64,000 nt of DNA. Origin: Candidatus Latescibacterota bacterium (GTDB lineage Bacteria; Latescibacterota; UBA2968; UBA8231). Below, in pieces: positions 29,140 to 38,332 of the stretch. The stretch is taken from contig OZ220089.1 in the NCBI GenBank assembly GCA_964291625.2, positions 928,001 to 992,000 of the forward strand. The letters run 5' to 3'. Under the pieces are notes generated by a model. It did no database searches, was not told the origin of the DNA, and worked only from the letters and a program-made list of their open reading frames with translations. A program made the translations under genes and the position numbers. Every line of letters begins with the position of its first letter. Within the stretch, counting starts at the first letter, position 1.

Positions 29140-32100
29140 CTATTCGAAAAGCCCCAGGGTGACGCGTCCGTTCTCGACCCGGCAGCCCCCTGTGGCGATG
29201 CAGGTATAAGTGGTTCCGTCCTGCAGCTCGATCTGCCCGCCGTTGCTGAAGGTGATGGTCGTGGTGCCGCCGGAGCTGGAAAGACTCGCGCCACCGGAGA
29301 GGCGCCTTGGTACGAAGAAGCCCGTGGGGACATTCGGAAGGGCATCCCCCACTCCATAGGTAGTACCGCTGCCGCTGCCGCCCCCGGCTCCCACGGCGAT
29401 GCCGGAGGGATCGACCAGTCCGTCGGAGCCGGTGAGGAGGTCCTCGACGCCGGAGCCGTCGAGGTTGGCCCGCTGCACCTTGTTCGCCCCCTCGTCGGCC
29501 CAGTACATCTTGCCGCCGGCAACGTCGAGGGCCAGCCCGTTGGGACTGTCCAGGCCGCTGGTGACGAGATCCTCCACATTGGCGCCGCTCAAGTCGGCCC
29601 GCTGAATCTTGTCCGTGCCCCGGTCGGTCCAGTACATCTTGCCGCCGGCCACGTCCAGGGCCAGGCCGAGGGGACTGCCCAACCCGCTGGTGACGAGATC
29701 TTCCACATTGGAGCCGCCCAGGTCGGCCCGCTGGATCTTCCTCGCGCCCGGGTTGGTCCAGTACATCTTGCCGCCGGAAACGTCGAGGGCCAACGCCCCC
29801 GGGAAGGTCAAGCCGCTGGTGACCAGGTCTTCGGCGCCGGAGCCGTCGAGGTTGGCCCGCTGGATCTTGTTCGTCTGTCGATTCGTCCAGTACATCTTGC
29901 CGCCGGACACGTCCAGGGCCAGCCCATAGGGGATCCCCAGGCCGGTGACGAGGTCTTCCACCCCGGAGCCGTCGAGGTTGGCCCGCTGGATCTTGTTGGT
30001 GCCCGCATCGGCCCAGTAGATCTTGCCGCCGGCCAGATCGAGGGAGAGCCCGTCCGGACCGTTCAGCCCGGCGCCGGAGACCAGGTCTTCGACATTGGAG
30101 CCGTCGAGGTCGGCGCGCTGGATCTTGTCGGTGCCCCAGTCCGACCAGTAGAGCTTCGACGTCCCGGAGGGTTGCGGATCCGGCTGAGTGACGGTCGCGG
30201 AAACGGTGACGGTCACGGCCGAGGAGCAGTTGTTCCCGGTATTGGTCTCGCCGCTGACGCTGGCCACGCAGGCGCCGTAGTAGTAGGTGCCGGCGTTGGA
30301 CGGGGCCGTGAGGTCATCCGAGTGGGCGCTGGTTCCAGAGGCCGCCAGGCCCCCCACGTGGTGGGATCCCGCCTCCTGCATATCGCTGGTGGAGATCGTC
30401 CCGTCCGTGGAGCGGTAGAAGCGCAGGGTCGTCGCGGCGGACCGGCCGCTGCCCTGGTTGCGGACCGTGGCGCTCAGCCTGAAGGAGGCCCCCGCATCCG
30501 GGTTACTGTTGCTGACCGACGGGGACTGCACCACCAGGTCGGGGGCCGGGGCGGCGCCCACGGTGACGGTCACGGCCGGGGAACAGTTGTTGCCGGTATT
30601 CGCTTCGCCGCTGACGCTCTCCACGCAGGCGCCATAGTAGTAGGTCCCGGCGCTGGCGGGCGCGGTCTGAGTGCTGTTCGCGACGTATCCTCCACCTACC
30701 CCAAGGAGAGGCACCGAGTCCGTGTCCAGCTGGGTGTCGCTCGAAGAGATCGTCCCGTCCGTGGAGCGGTAGAAGCGCAGGGTCGTCGCCGCCGCCTGAG
30801 CATCGCCCTGGTTTTCCACTGTGACGCTCAGAATGAAGGAGGCTCCCGCGGTCGGAGTGCTGGGGTTGGCGCGAGGCGTACCCACCACTATGTCCGGGGC
30901 GGTGGCGGCGCCGACCGTGACAGTCGCCGCGCTCGAGCAGTTGTTGCCCGTATTGCTCTCGCCGCTGACGCTCTCGACACATGCGCCGTAGTAGTAGGTG
31001 CCGGCGGTCGACGGAGCGGTGAGACGGATCGACTCGGCACCGGTCCTGGAGGGGTCCAGGAGGCTCACCCCGTCGGAACCGACCTCGGTGTCGCCGGTGG
31101 TAATCGTCGCGTCCGTGGAGCGGTAGTAGCGCAGCGTCGTCGAGGCCGAGCGGCCGCTGCCCTGGTTGCGCACCGTCGCCCGCAAGGTGAAGGAGGCCCC
31201 GGCCGACGGGCTGCTGCTGCTCACCGTCGGCGCCTCCACGATCAGATCCGGAACCGAGCCCGCGCCGACCGTCACCGTCACCGCGCTCGAGCAGTTGTTC
31301 CCCGTATTGCTCTCGCCGCTGACGCTCTCCACGCACGCCCCGTAGTGATACGTCCCCGCGCTCGAGGGTGCCCGGAGGCTGATCGACTCGGAGCTGGTCC
31401 GGCCGGCCGACAGGCTGAACACCCCGTCCGTGCCGACCTCCGTGTCGCCCGTCGTAATCGCCGCGTCCGTGGAGCGGTAGTAGCGCAGCGTCGTCGAGGC
31501 CGAGCGGCCGCTGCCCTGGTTGCGCACCGTCGCCCGCAAGGTGAAAGAGGCCCCGGCCGACGGGCTGCTCCCGCTCACCGTCGGCGCCTCGACGATCAGG
31601 TCCGGCATCGGGCCCGCGCCTACCGTCACCGTCACCGCGCTCGAGCAGTTGTTCCCCGTGTTGCTCTCGCCGCTGACGCTCTCCACGCACGCCCCGTAGT
31701 AATACGTCCCCGCGCTCGACGGAGCCCGGAGACGGATCGACTCGGAACTGGTCCGGCCGGCCGACAGGCTGAACACGTAGTCGGTGCCGGCCTCGGTGTC
31801 GCTCGTGCTGATCGTCGCGTCCGTGGAGAGGTAGTAGCGCAGCGTCGTCGAAGCCGAGCGGCCGCTGCCCTGGTTGCGCACCGTCGCCCGCAACGTGAAC
31901 GAGGCCCCGGCCGACGGGCTGCTCCCGCTCACCGTCGGGGATTCGACGATCAGGTCCGGCGCCGGGCCCGCGCCCACCGTCACCGTCACCGCGCTCGAGC
32001 AGTTGTTCCCCGTGTTGCTCTCGCCGCTGACGCTCTCCACACACGCCCCGTAGTGATACGTCCCCGCGCTCGAGGGTGCCCGAAGGCGGATCGACTCGGA

Positions 32101-34827
32101 GCTGGTCCGGCCGGCCGTCAGGCCGAACACGTAGTCGGTGCCGACCTCGGTGTCGCTCGTGCCGATCGTCGCGTCCGTGGACAGGTAGTAGCGCAGCGTC
32201 GTCGAGGCCGAGCGGCCGCTGCCCTGGTTGCGCACCGTCGCCCGCAACGTGAAGGAGGCCCCGGCCGTCGGGCTGCTCCCGCTCACCGTCGGGGATTCGA
32301 CGATCAGGTCCGGCGCCGGGGCCGCGCCCACCGTCACCGTCACCGCGCTCGAGCAGTTGTTCCCCGTATTGCTCTCGCCGCTGACGCTCTCCACGCATGC
32401 CCCGTAGTAGTAGGTCCCCGCGCTCGAGGGTGCCCGAAGGCTGATCGACTCGGAGCTGGTGCGGGAGGCGAACAAGGTGCTCACGTAGTCGGTGCCGACT
32501 TCCGTGTCGCCGGTGGTGATCGTCGCGTCCGTGGACAGGTAGTAGCGCAGCGTCGTCGAGGCCGCGCGGTCGTTCCCCTGGTTGCGCACCGTCGCCCGCA
32601 GCGTGAAGGAGGCCCCGGCCGTCGGGCTGCTGCTCACCGTCGGCGCCTCCACGATCAGATCCGGCGCCGGGCCCGCGCCGACCGTCACCGTCACCGCACT
32701 CGAGCAGTTGTTCCCCGTGTTGCTCTCGCCGCTGACGCTCTCCACGCACGCCCCGTAGTAGTACGTCCCCGCGCTCGACGGAGCGCGGAGGCTGATCGAC
32801 TCGGAGCTGGTCCGGCCGGCCGACAGGCCGAACACGTAGTCGGTGCCGACCTCGGTGTCGCTCGTGCCGATCGTCGCGTCCGTGGACAGGTAGTAGCGCA
32901 GCGTCGTCGAGGCCGCGCGGTCGTTCCCCTGGTTGCGCACCGTCGCCCGCAGCGTGAAGGAGGCCCCGGCCGTCGGGCTGCTGCTGCTCACCGTCGGAGC
33001 TTCGACGATCAGGTCCGGGGCCGGACTGGTGCCCCCGCCTCCCCCAGTGCCGGTACTCGAGGTCCCCCCAACGGCGACACCGGATGGATCGATCAGTCCG
33101 TTGGCCCCGGTGAGCAGGTCTTCCACGCCGGAGCCGTTGAGGTTGGCCCGCTGCACCTTGTTCGTACCCTCGTCGGCCCAGTACATCTTGCCGCCGGAAA
33201 GGTCGAGGGCCAGCCCGTTGGGACTGTCCAGGCCGCTGCTGACAAGATTCTCGACATTGCTGCCGCTCAGGTTCGACCGCTGAATCTTGTCCGTCCCCCG
33301 GTCGGTCCAGTACATCTTGCCACCGGACACGTCCAGCGCCAGACCGGTGGGACTGCTCAACCCGCTGGTGACGAGATCCTCCACATTCGAGCCGCTCAAG
33401 TTCGATCGCTGGATCTTCCCCGCCCCCGAGTTCGTCCAGTACATCTTGCCGCCGGACACGTCGAGGGCCAGGGCCCCGGGAAAGGTCAATCCGCTGGTAA
33501 CCAGATCCTCGACAGCGGAGCCGTTGAGGTTGGCGCGCTGGATCCTGCCCGTCTGCCGGTTGGTCCAGTACATCTTGCCGCCGGACACGTCGAGGGCCAG
33601 CCCGTAGGGGATCCCCAGGCCGGTGACGAGGTCTTCGACACCGGACCCGTCGAGGTTGGCCCGCTGGATCTTGTTGGTGCCCGCATCGGCCCAGTAGATC
33701 TTGCCGCCGGCCAGGTCCAGCGACAGTCCGTCCGGACCATTGAGTCCGGCGCCGGAGACGAGATCTTCGACATTGGAGCCGTCGAGGTCGGACCGCTGGA
33801 TCTTGTCCGTCCCCCAGTCCGACCAGTACAGCTTCGACGCTGGAGGCGGGGGCGGGGGTGGCTGTTGGGTGATGGCGACCCCGATTCCGGCGGGCAGCGT
33901 CGGATCGGAGGGATTCACCGTGTAGGTAGCAATGTGGTAGGCGTCGGTGAGATCGGTCCGGCCGTCCCGGTTGACGTCCCCGAGTGCGATGTCGCCGTTG
34001 TTCGGCATGACGAGGGCGGGATTGGCGCTGTACACGGCCACCAGCAGGGCGTCGAAAATGTCGACCCGTCCGTTGTTGTCGACGTCCCCGAGGATCGCGG
34101 TTGCCGCCGCCTTGGCCCTGGGAGTGCCGCGGGGTTCCACGACGACGATGTCCAGCGGAGCCATGCCGGGCTCCGGACGGAAGGCCGGGTCCACGTAGGT
34201 GACCAGCCCCTCTCTCGAGACAGTCAGTCCATGGACTCTTCCCCCCTCGGGAAACTCCTGGCCCGTGAACGATGGGCCGCCGGGGACCCCAACCGCCGCA
34301 CCCGCCTGCCCGTCGACCAACACCATGCGGCGGGTCAGACGCCTGCCCTCTCCCGTCAGGCGGTAATGGTAGACCCCGGCGGCCACGGCGCGCCCATCTG
34401 CATCGTCGGCCCCCCAGGTCGCCGTGTGGAAGCCGGCCGGACGCTCGCCATCCACCAACGTGGCAACGCGCTGTCCGAGGACGTTGAAGACCTCGAGCCG
34501 CACGAACATCGTCGTCGGTAACTGGTAGGGAATGATCGTGGAAGGATTGAAGGGATTGGGGTAGTTCACCCCCAGCTCGAACCGCTCCGGTGAGGCCCGG
34601 GCCCCGAACGACCCCGACGGCAGCGCGAACCAGCCTCGCTCGTCCGTCGTCGCCGCCGCGGGCGGCGAGCGCAGATCGGCCAGATCGAAGAGCAGCACCT
34701 GCGCCCCCGCGACCGGTGGCCCGGACTCAAGCCGCACCCGGCCCTCGACCACGGGTTCGGCACCCGCCCGGGTCAAGAGGGCTGTCAGCCAGAAGAGCAG
34801 AGAGGAGACGTACCCGCACCGCGCCAT
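29140..34827 (-). CDS. Giant secreted protein: FlgD-Ig, dockerin-like, YWTD propeller, 8 CARDB-like repeats, second YWTD propeller
   Basis: NYPNPFNPSTII...GVYHYRL near the N-terminus; GDVDNNGRVDIFDA / GDVNRDGRTDLTDA; ALDVSGGKMYWT repeats; eight PD(L/I)xV...NTGNNCS units. Alternative start at 34911. Confidence 0.88.
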   Translation of the reverse strand: MARCGYVSSLLFWLTALLTRAGAEPVVEGRVRLESGPPVAGAQVLLFDLADLRSPPAAATTDERGWFALPSGSFGARASPERFELGVNYPNPFNPSTIIPYQLPTTMFVRLEVFNVLGQRVATLVDGERPAGFHTATWGADDADGRAVAAGVYHYRLTGEGRRLTRRMVLVDGQAGAAVGVPGGPSFTGQEFPEGGRVHGLTVSREGLVTYVDPAFRPEPGMAPLDIVVVEPRGTPRAKAAATAILGDVDNNGRVDIFDALLVAVYSANPALVMPNNGDIALGDVNRDGRTDLTDAYHIATYTVNPSDPTLPAGIGVAITQQPPPPPPPASKLYWSDWGTDKIQRSDLDGSNVEDLVSGAGLNGPDGLSLDLAGGKIYWADAGTNKIQRANLDGSGVEDLVTGLGIPYGLALDVSGGKMYWTNRQTGRIQRANLNGSAVEDLVTSGLTFPGALALDVSGGKMYWTNSGAGKIQRSNLSGSNVEDLVTSGLSSPTGLALDVSGGKMYWTDRGTDKIQRSNLSGSNVENLVSSGLDSPNGLALDLSGGKMYWADEGTNKVQRANLNGSGVEDLLTGANGLIDPSGVAVGGTSSTGTGGGGGTSPAPDLIVEAPTVSSSSPTAGASFTLRATVRNQGNDRAASTTLRYYLSTDATIGTSDTEVGTDYVFGLSAGRTSSESISLRAPSSAGTYYYGACVESVSGESNTGNNCSSAVTVTVGAGPAPDLIVEAPTVSSSPTAGASFTLRATVRNQGNDRAASTTLRYYLSTDATITTGDTEVGTDYVSTLFASRTSSESISLRAPSSAGTYYYGACVESVSGESNTGNNCSSAVTVTVGAAPAPDLIVESPTVSGSSPTAGASFTLRATVRNQGSGRSASTTLRYYLSTDATIGTSDTEVGTDYVFGLTAGRTSSESIRLRAPSSAGTYHYGACVESVSGESNTGNNCSSAVTVTVGAGPAPDLIVESPTVSGSSPSAGASFTLRATVRNQGSGRSASTTLRYYLSTDATISTSDTEAGTDYVFSLSAGRTSSESIRLRAPSSAGTYYYGACVESVSGESNTGNNCSSAVTVTVGAGPMPDLIVEAPTVSGSSPSAGASFTLRATVRNQGSGRSASTTLRYYRSTDAAITTGDTEVGTDGVFSLSAGRTSSESISLRAPSSAGTYHYGACVESVSGESNTGNNCSSAVTVTVGAGSVPDLIVEAPTVSSSSPSAGASFTLRATVRNQGSGRSASTTLRYYRSTDATITTGDTEVGSDGVSLLDPSRTGAESIRLTAPSTAGTYYYGACVESVSGESNTGNNCSSAATVTVGAATAPDIVVGTPRANPSTPTAGASFILSVTVENQGDAQAAATTLRFYRSTDGTISSSDTQLDTDSVPLLGVGGGYVANSTQTAPASAGTYYYGACVESVSGEANTGNNCSPAVTVTVGAAPAPDLVVQSPSVSNSNPDAGASFRLSATVRNQGSGRSAATTLRFYRSTDGTISTSDMQEAGSHHVGGLAASGTSAHSDDLTAPSNAGTYYYGACVASVSGETNTGNNCSSAVTVTVSATVTQPDPQPSGTSKLYWSDWGTDKIQRADLDGSNVEDLVSGAGLNGPDGLSLDLAGGKIYWADAGTNKIQRANLDGSGVEDLVTGLGIPYGLALDVSGGKMYWTNRQTNKIQRANLDGSGAEDLVTSGLTFPGALALDVSGGKMYWTNPGARKIQRADLGGSNVEDLVTSGLGSPLGLALDVAGGKMYWTDRGTDKIQRADLSGANVEDLVTSGLDSPNGLALDVAGGKMYWADEGANKVQRANLDGSGVEDLLTGSDGLVDPSGIAVGAGGGSGSGTTYGVGDALPNVPTGFFVPRRLSGGASLSSSGGTTTITFSNGGQIELQDGTTYTCIATGGCRVENGRVTLGLFE
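30200..33017 (-). repeat. Eight tandem ~360-bp CARDB-like Ig repeats
   Basis: ATVRNQG...YYGACVESVSGESNTGNNCSSAVTVTV repeated with near-identical DNA. Confidence 0.9.
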
Positions 34828-34945
34828 GCGAGGTGCCGGTTCCGATCCAAGCACAGGATCACCTTCCCCGATCGACGGCATCGGCAGATTGCCTGAAGGG
34901 CAACTCTCCATTCATCTGTACCTGGGCCGTAGTCCCTGCCTCCGG

Positions 34946-35932
34946 CTATTCCCGGGGGTCCGAGTACAGCGCCACCGCGGCCTTCATCTCCTCCCCGATC
35001 TCCCGGCGCAGATCCTCCGGCGCCAGCACCTCGCACTCCGGCCCCCACGCCCGGATCCAGGACTTGATCTCCAGGACGTGGTTGACCCGGAACGTCAGCG
35101 TGCAGCGCCCTTCCCGGTCTTCCTCGCTGGCCACCACCCCCGGCCAGTCCGATTCGTTCACCCGGTAGACCGCCTTCTTCGAAAACCGCAACTTGACCTC
35201 CACCACCTCGTCCCCGCCCCGGATTCCCCAGGAGTGCCTGAGGTAGTCGTAGGGGTCGAAGTCCGGCAACGGCTCGAAACGGGAATCCAGTACCTCGACC
35301 TCTTCCAACCGCTCGATCTTGAAAGAGCGGATCGCCTTGCGGAAGTGATCGAACCCGAAGACATAGCAGGAGTAGCCCACGAACGACGGCTCGATGAAGA
35401 AGGGGTCGAAGAGGCGCTCCGATCGTTCCCCGGAGATGGGCTCCCGATAGACGAGCTGCACCTGCCGCCGCCCGGCCCAGGCCCGGGTCAGGCCTTCCAG
35501 AACCCTGAGGTAGGCGGGCGCGAGCCGTCTTTGGGAGACGGCCACGGCCGCCTTCTCGACGTGCTCACCGATCGTGTCCGGCAAGGTGGCCGCGAGCTTG
35601 AGGAGGGATGCGACCACGTGCGGGTTGTGCTTGTCGCTGTAGGCCGACAGCATCCGCGCCGCGAGATAGAGGGAGAGGGCCTCGTCGAGGTTGAGCTGGA
35701 CGCGGAGCAGGTCGATGTGCCCGCCTTCCACCAGCCTCCACCGCCGCCCCTCCCGGTACACCGGCAGCCGTCCGTGCTCCGACAGCTCCTTCACGTAGCG
35801 CCGGGCGGTTCGTTGACTCACCCCCAGGAGCCCGGCGATCTCTGCAGTCCCAACCCCTTCCGGCCGCCGCCGGAACAGGATCTTGATCTGTTCGAGTCGA
35901 TCCGTCTTGTGGATCGCGTCCGCAATGAGCAT
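34946..35932 (-). CDS. HTH-WYL-WCX transcriptional regulator
   Basis: AGGAGGAG RBS; HTH (AEIAGLLGVSQRTARRY); WYL (YVFGFD...IRSFKIERL); WCX (WIRAWGPECEVLAPEDLR). Confidence 0.92.
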   Translation of the reverse strand: MLIADAIHKTDRLEQIKILFRRRPEGVGTAEIAGLLGVSQRTARRYVKELSEHGRLPVYREGRRWRLVEGGHIDLLRVQLNLDEALSLYLAARMLSAYSDKHNPHVVASLLKLAATLPDTIGEHVEKAAVAVSQRRLAPAYLRVLEGLTRAWAGRRQVQLVYREPISGERSERLFDPFFIEPSFVGYSCYVFGFDHFRKAIRSFKIERLEEVEVLDSRFEPLPDFDPYDYLRHSWGIRGGDEVVEVKLRFSKKAVYRVNESDWPGVVASEEDREGRCTLTFRVNHVLEIKSWIRAWGPECEVLAPEDLRREIGEEMKAAVALYSDPRE

Positions 35933-35970
35933 TTCTCCTCCTTCCCCGGCGACAAAGATGGGATCCAAGG

Positions 35971-36031
35971 GGACAGGGGGTGTCCGTTGCGCCCCACGGG
36001 CCAAAAAAAACAATGGGGACAGTCTCTGACC
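35971..36031. promoter_or_regulatory. Two palindromic boxes upstream of the WYL gene, candidate operators
   Basis: GGACA-N5-TGTCC (35971-35985) and GGACA-N5-TGACC (36017-36031), flanking an A8 tract. Confidence 0.55.
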
Positions 36032-36376
36032 GCTTTCTGGATACGGCCGGGCACCGGCCTCACGGAGCGCATCGTACCACATACGACTTTCTCGTATCAG
36101 TGAGCAATGGCCGCGCACGAAGGCGCAGACCAGGGTACCGGCTGGAACCTCAGGCCGAGGGCCCTGCTCCGTGAGCCCCGCCATGCGCGCGTTGAGGTGG
36201 AAGTCGCCAGGGTCAGCAGGAGACCGCCGCCCGCTGGCCGGTCAGAGCATACACCTCCCGCCGCGCCGAACCCGCCATCGCGCAAAAGCGCGGCCCCCGC
36301 GGAAGATGCGTGCCAGCTCGTGGGAGGACCTGCCATGCCGTGCGGGGATCGGGCAAGCCGTCCGACGGCCGGCTGG

Positions 36377-38332
36377 TCAGTACAGCAGTTGCGTCACCGA
36401 CTTCGAGATCAGGGCCACGGCCACCGCTGACATCCCCACCAGCCCCATGCCGCAGGCGTAGCCGGCCAGCAGCACCGGCGCGTAGCGGCGCCAGCGGGCC
36501 GTGCCGAAGCGCTTCTCCAGCCAGTAGCGGGCGAGGAGGGCGCCCACCATCTCCGGGATCAGCAGGTGGGGCAGTCCCGGCAGGCCGCGCACGAACCCGT
36601 AGATCAGCGCAACCGGCAGGCGCAGCAGCGACAGCAGGCCGAAGGTGCCGCCGGCGAAGGCGAAACCGCCGACGATCCACTCGGCCTTGATCGCCTCCTC
36701 GAAGAGGGACTCGCCGCCGAGGGTGGCCGAGTACCACAGGCACTGGCGCAGGGCGATGAGGTGCCACCAGGTCTGGGCGTACTGGAAGGCGGGCGAGGGG
36801 ATCGGCCCCATGCGCCAGATGAGCGACCAGAACAGGAAGCCGCAGACCAGGCTCAGCGGCAGCAGCAGCAGCTCCGCCTTGAGGATGGAGGTGAAGCGCG
36901 TGCCCGTGAGCTCGACCTCGCGGAAGAGCTGGGCCCGCCGCCCGTGGTCGGCGTAGGGGATCGGCACGAACCAGATGTCGACCCCGCGGTAGCCGCTGAG
37001 GATGAAGGCCCCCTCGCGGATCATGGGGAAGCTGATCGGCTGCCCCGTGAGCCCCGCCATGCGGGCGTTGACGTAGGAGATCGCCGGCGTCAGCAGGAAG
37101 CCGAAGAGCAGCAGGAAGGCGAGGGGGAACTCGTCGTCCTCGAGCAGCAGCAGGCAGAGGCCGACCATGGTTAGCGTGGAGAGGACGTAGCCGCCGGCGG
37201 CCAGCCACAGGGGGAAGTCGCCCCGGCCCGGGGGCGCCTGGCCCAGCCGGCCCCGCTCGCCCTGTCCCCGGGATGACCGTCTGAGGGTGACGATGACGTG
37301 TCCGACGCCGATGAGACCGACGGCGACGCCGGCGCCGATGTAGACGCTCATCCACACGTCGACGTCGTTGGAGAAGTTGGTCAGGATCGTGTCCATGCCC
37401 GGGCGCCAGTGGGGCAGGGCCCCGAGGTGGTAGAGGACGGGACTGCCGAGGGAGTGGACCATGGCCGCGGCGAAGGAGCCGACCACGATCCAGAAGGGCA
37501 GGACCGTGCCCACCAGCACCAGGCCCAGGTCGGTGGCCAGGCCGAGGGGCGCCGCCGGCAGGAAGGACTCGGTGGTCCGGGTCAGGTCGATCCAGGGGAT
37601 CGGCAGCAGGGCGATGGGGTCGCTGGCGATGAGCCCGGTCAGGGCCGGCAGCCCGAGGTAGACGGCGCCGAAGAGGAGTCCGATGCCCATGCCCACGGAG
37701 AACACCCGCCAGCGCCAGCCGCCGCGGCCGTCGTCGCCCTCGGCCAGGGCCGTGGCCCCCTGGGCGGCCACCGGGGCCAGGGGGAAGGGCAGGCGCTCGA
37801 CGTCGGAGGTGACCCGGAAGAGGATGTAGCCGAGGGTGAACCACTCGACGCGGGAGAGCACGAGCGAGGCGGCCAGCACCGCCATGGGCGGGATCCACGC
37901 CTTGTGCAGGAAGCTGCGCCCGGTGAGCGCCTCCGAGCCCGGCGGCGGCGAGACCCAGGCCGGCACCTGGTCGGCGATGCCGAAGCCGGCGGCGGCCTGG
38001 GACTGGACCAGGTACTGGTGCCAGACCAGCTGTCCGAAGGGGCCGCCGGCGAGCATGGCGCCGCCCACGGCGCCGGCCAGGCCGCCGGCGATATAGTAGA
38101 TGAGGTAGATCTCCTGGCGCGTCAGCGGCGCGAAGGAGCGCCGCGCCAGCTCCGAGAACAGGATGATCGTCACCCACTCGGCGGCGGCGCCCATGGTGAC
38201 GCCGGCGATGAGGCCCATGTAGATCGCCCCCGGCATCATGATGAAGCCGACGAAGAAGGCGCCGGCCACCGTCCGCAGGGTGAAGCCCTCGGCGTAGCGC
38301 CCGGGCGGCTGCATGCTGGCGGGCTCCGCCAT
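36377..38332 (-). CDS. OPT-like (oligopeptide transporter-related) polytopic membrane protein
   Basis: GFTLRTVAGAFFVGFIMMPGAIY, LTRQEIY, DVERLPFPLAPV; many TM helices; TGATG-coupled start. Confidence 0.75.
   Translation of the reverse strand: MAEPASMQPPGRYAEGFTLRTVAGAFFVGFIMMPGAIYMGLIAGVTMGAAAEWVTIILFSELARRSFAPLTRQEIYLIYYIAGGLAGAVGGAMLAGGPFGQLVWHQYLVQSQAAAGFGIADQVPAWVSPPPGSEALTGRSFLHKAWIPPMAVLAASLVLSRVEWFTLGYILFRVTSDVERLPFPLAPVAAQGATALAEGDDGRGGWRWRVFSVGMGIGLLFGAVYLGLPALTGLIASDPIALLPIPWIDLTRTTESFLPAAPLGLATDLGLVLVGTVLPFWIVVGSFAAAMVHSLGSPVLYHLGALPHWRPGMDTILTNFSNDVDVWMSVYIGAGVAVGLIGVGHVIVTLRRSSRGQGERGRLGQAPPGRGDFPLWLAAGGYVLSTLTMVGLCLLLLEDDEFPLAFLLLFGFLLTPAISYVNARMAGLTGQPISFPMIREGAFILSGYRGVDIWFVPIPYADHGRRAQLFREVELTGTRFTSILKAELLLLPLSLVCGFLFWSLIWRMGPIPSPAFQYAQTWWHLIALRQCLWYSATLGGESLFEEAIKAEWIVGGFAFAGGTFGLLSLLRLPVALIYGFVRGLPGLPHLLIPEMVGALLARYWLEKRFGTARWRRYAPVLLAGYACGMGLVGMSAVAVALISKSVTQLLY

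Noticed and set aside
27535-33017. Collagen and CARDB tandem repeats as possible non-coding arrays or DGR template/variable repeats
   Set aside because: They are in-frame protein repeats; there is no reverse transcriptase and no adenine-specific variation was noticed.
28930-34521. 1863-aa plus-strand ORF, and similar long ORFs (19-1557, 14727-17237, 18146-20431, 40593-44879, 40240-44550)
   Set aside because: Antisense or off-frame shadows of motif-bearing genes; high GC and repeats suppress stop codons.
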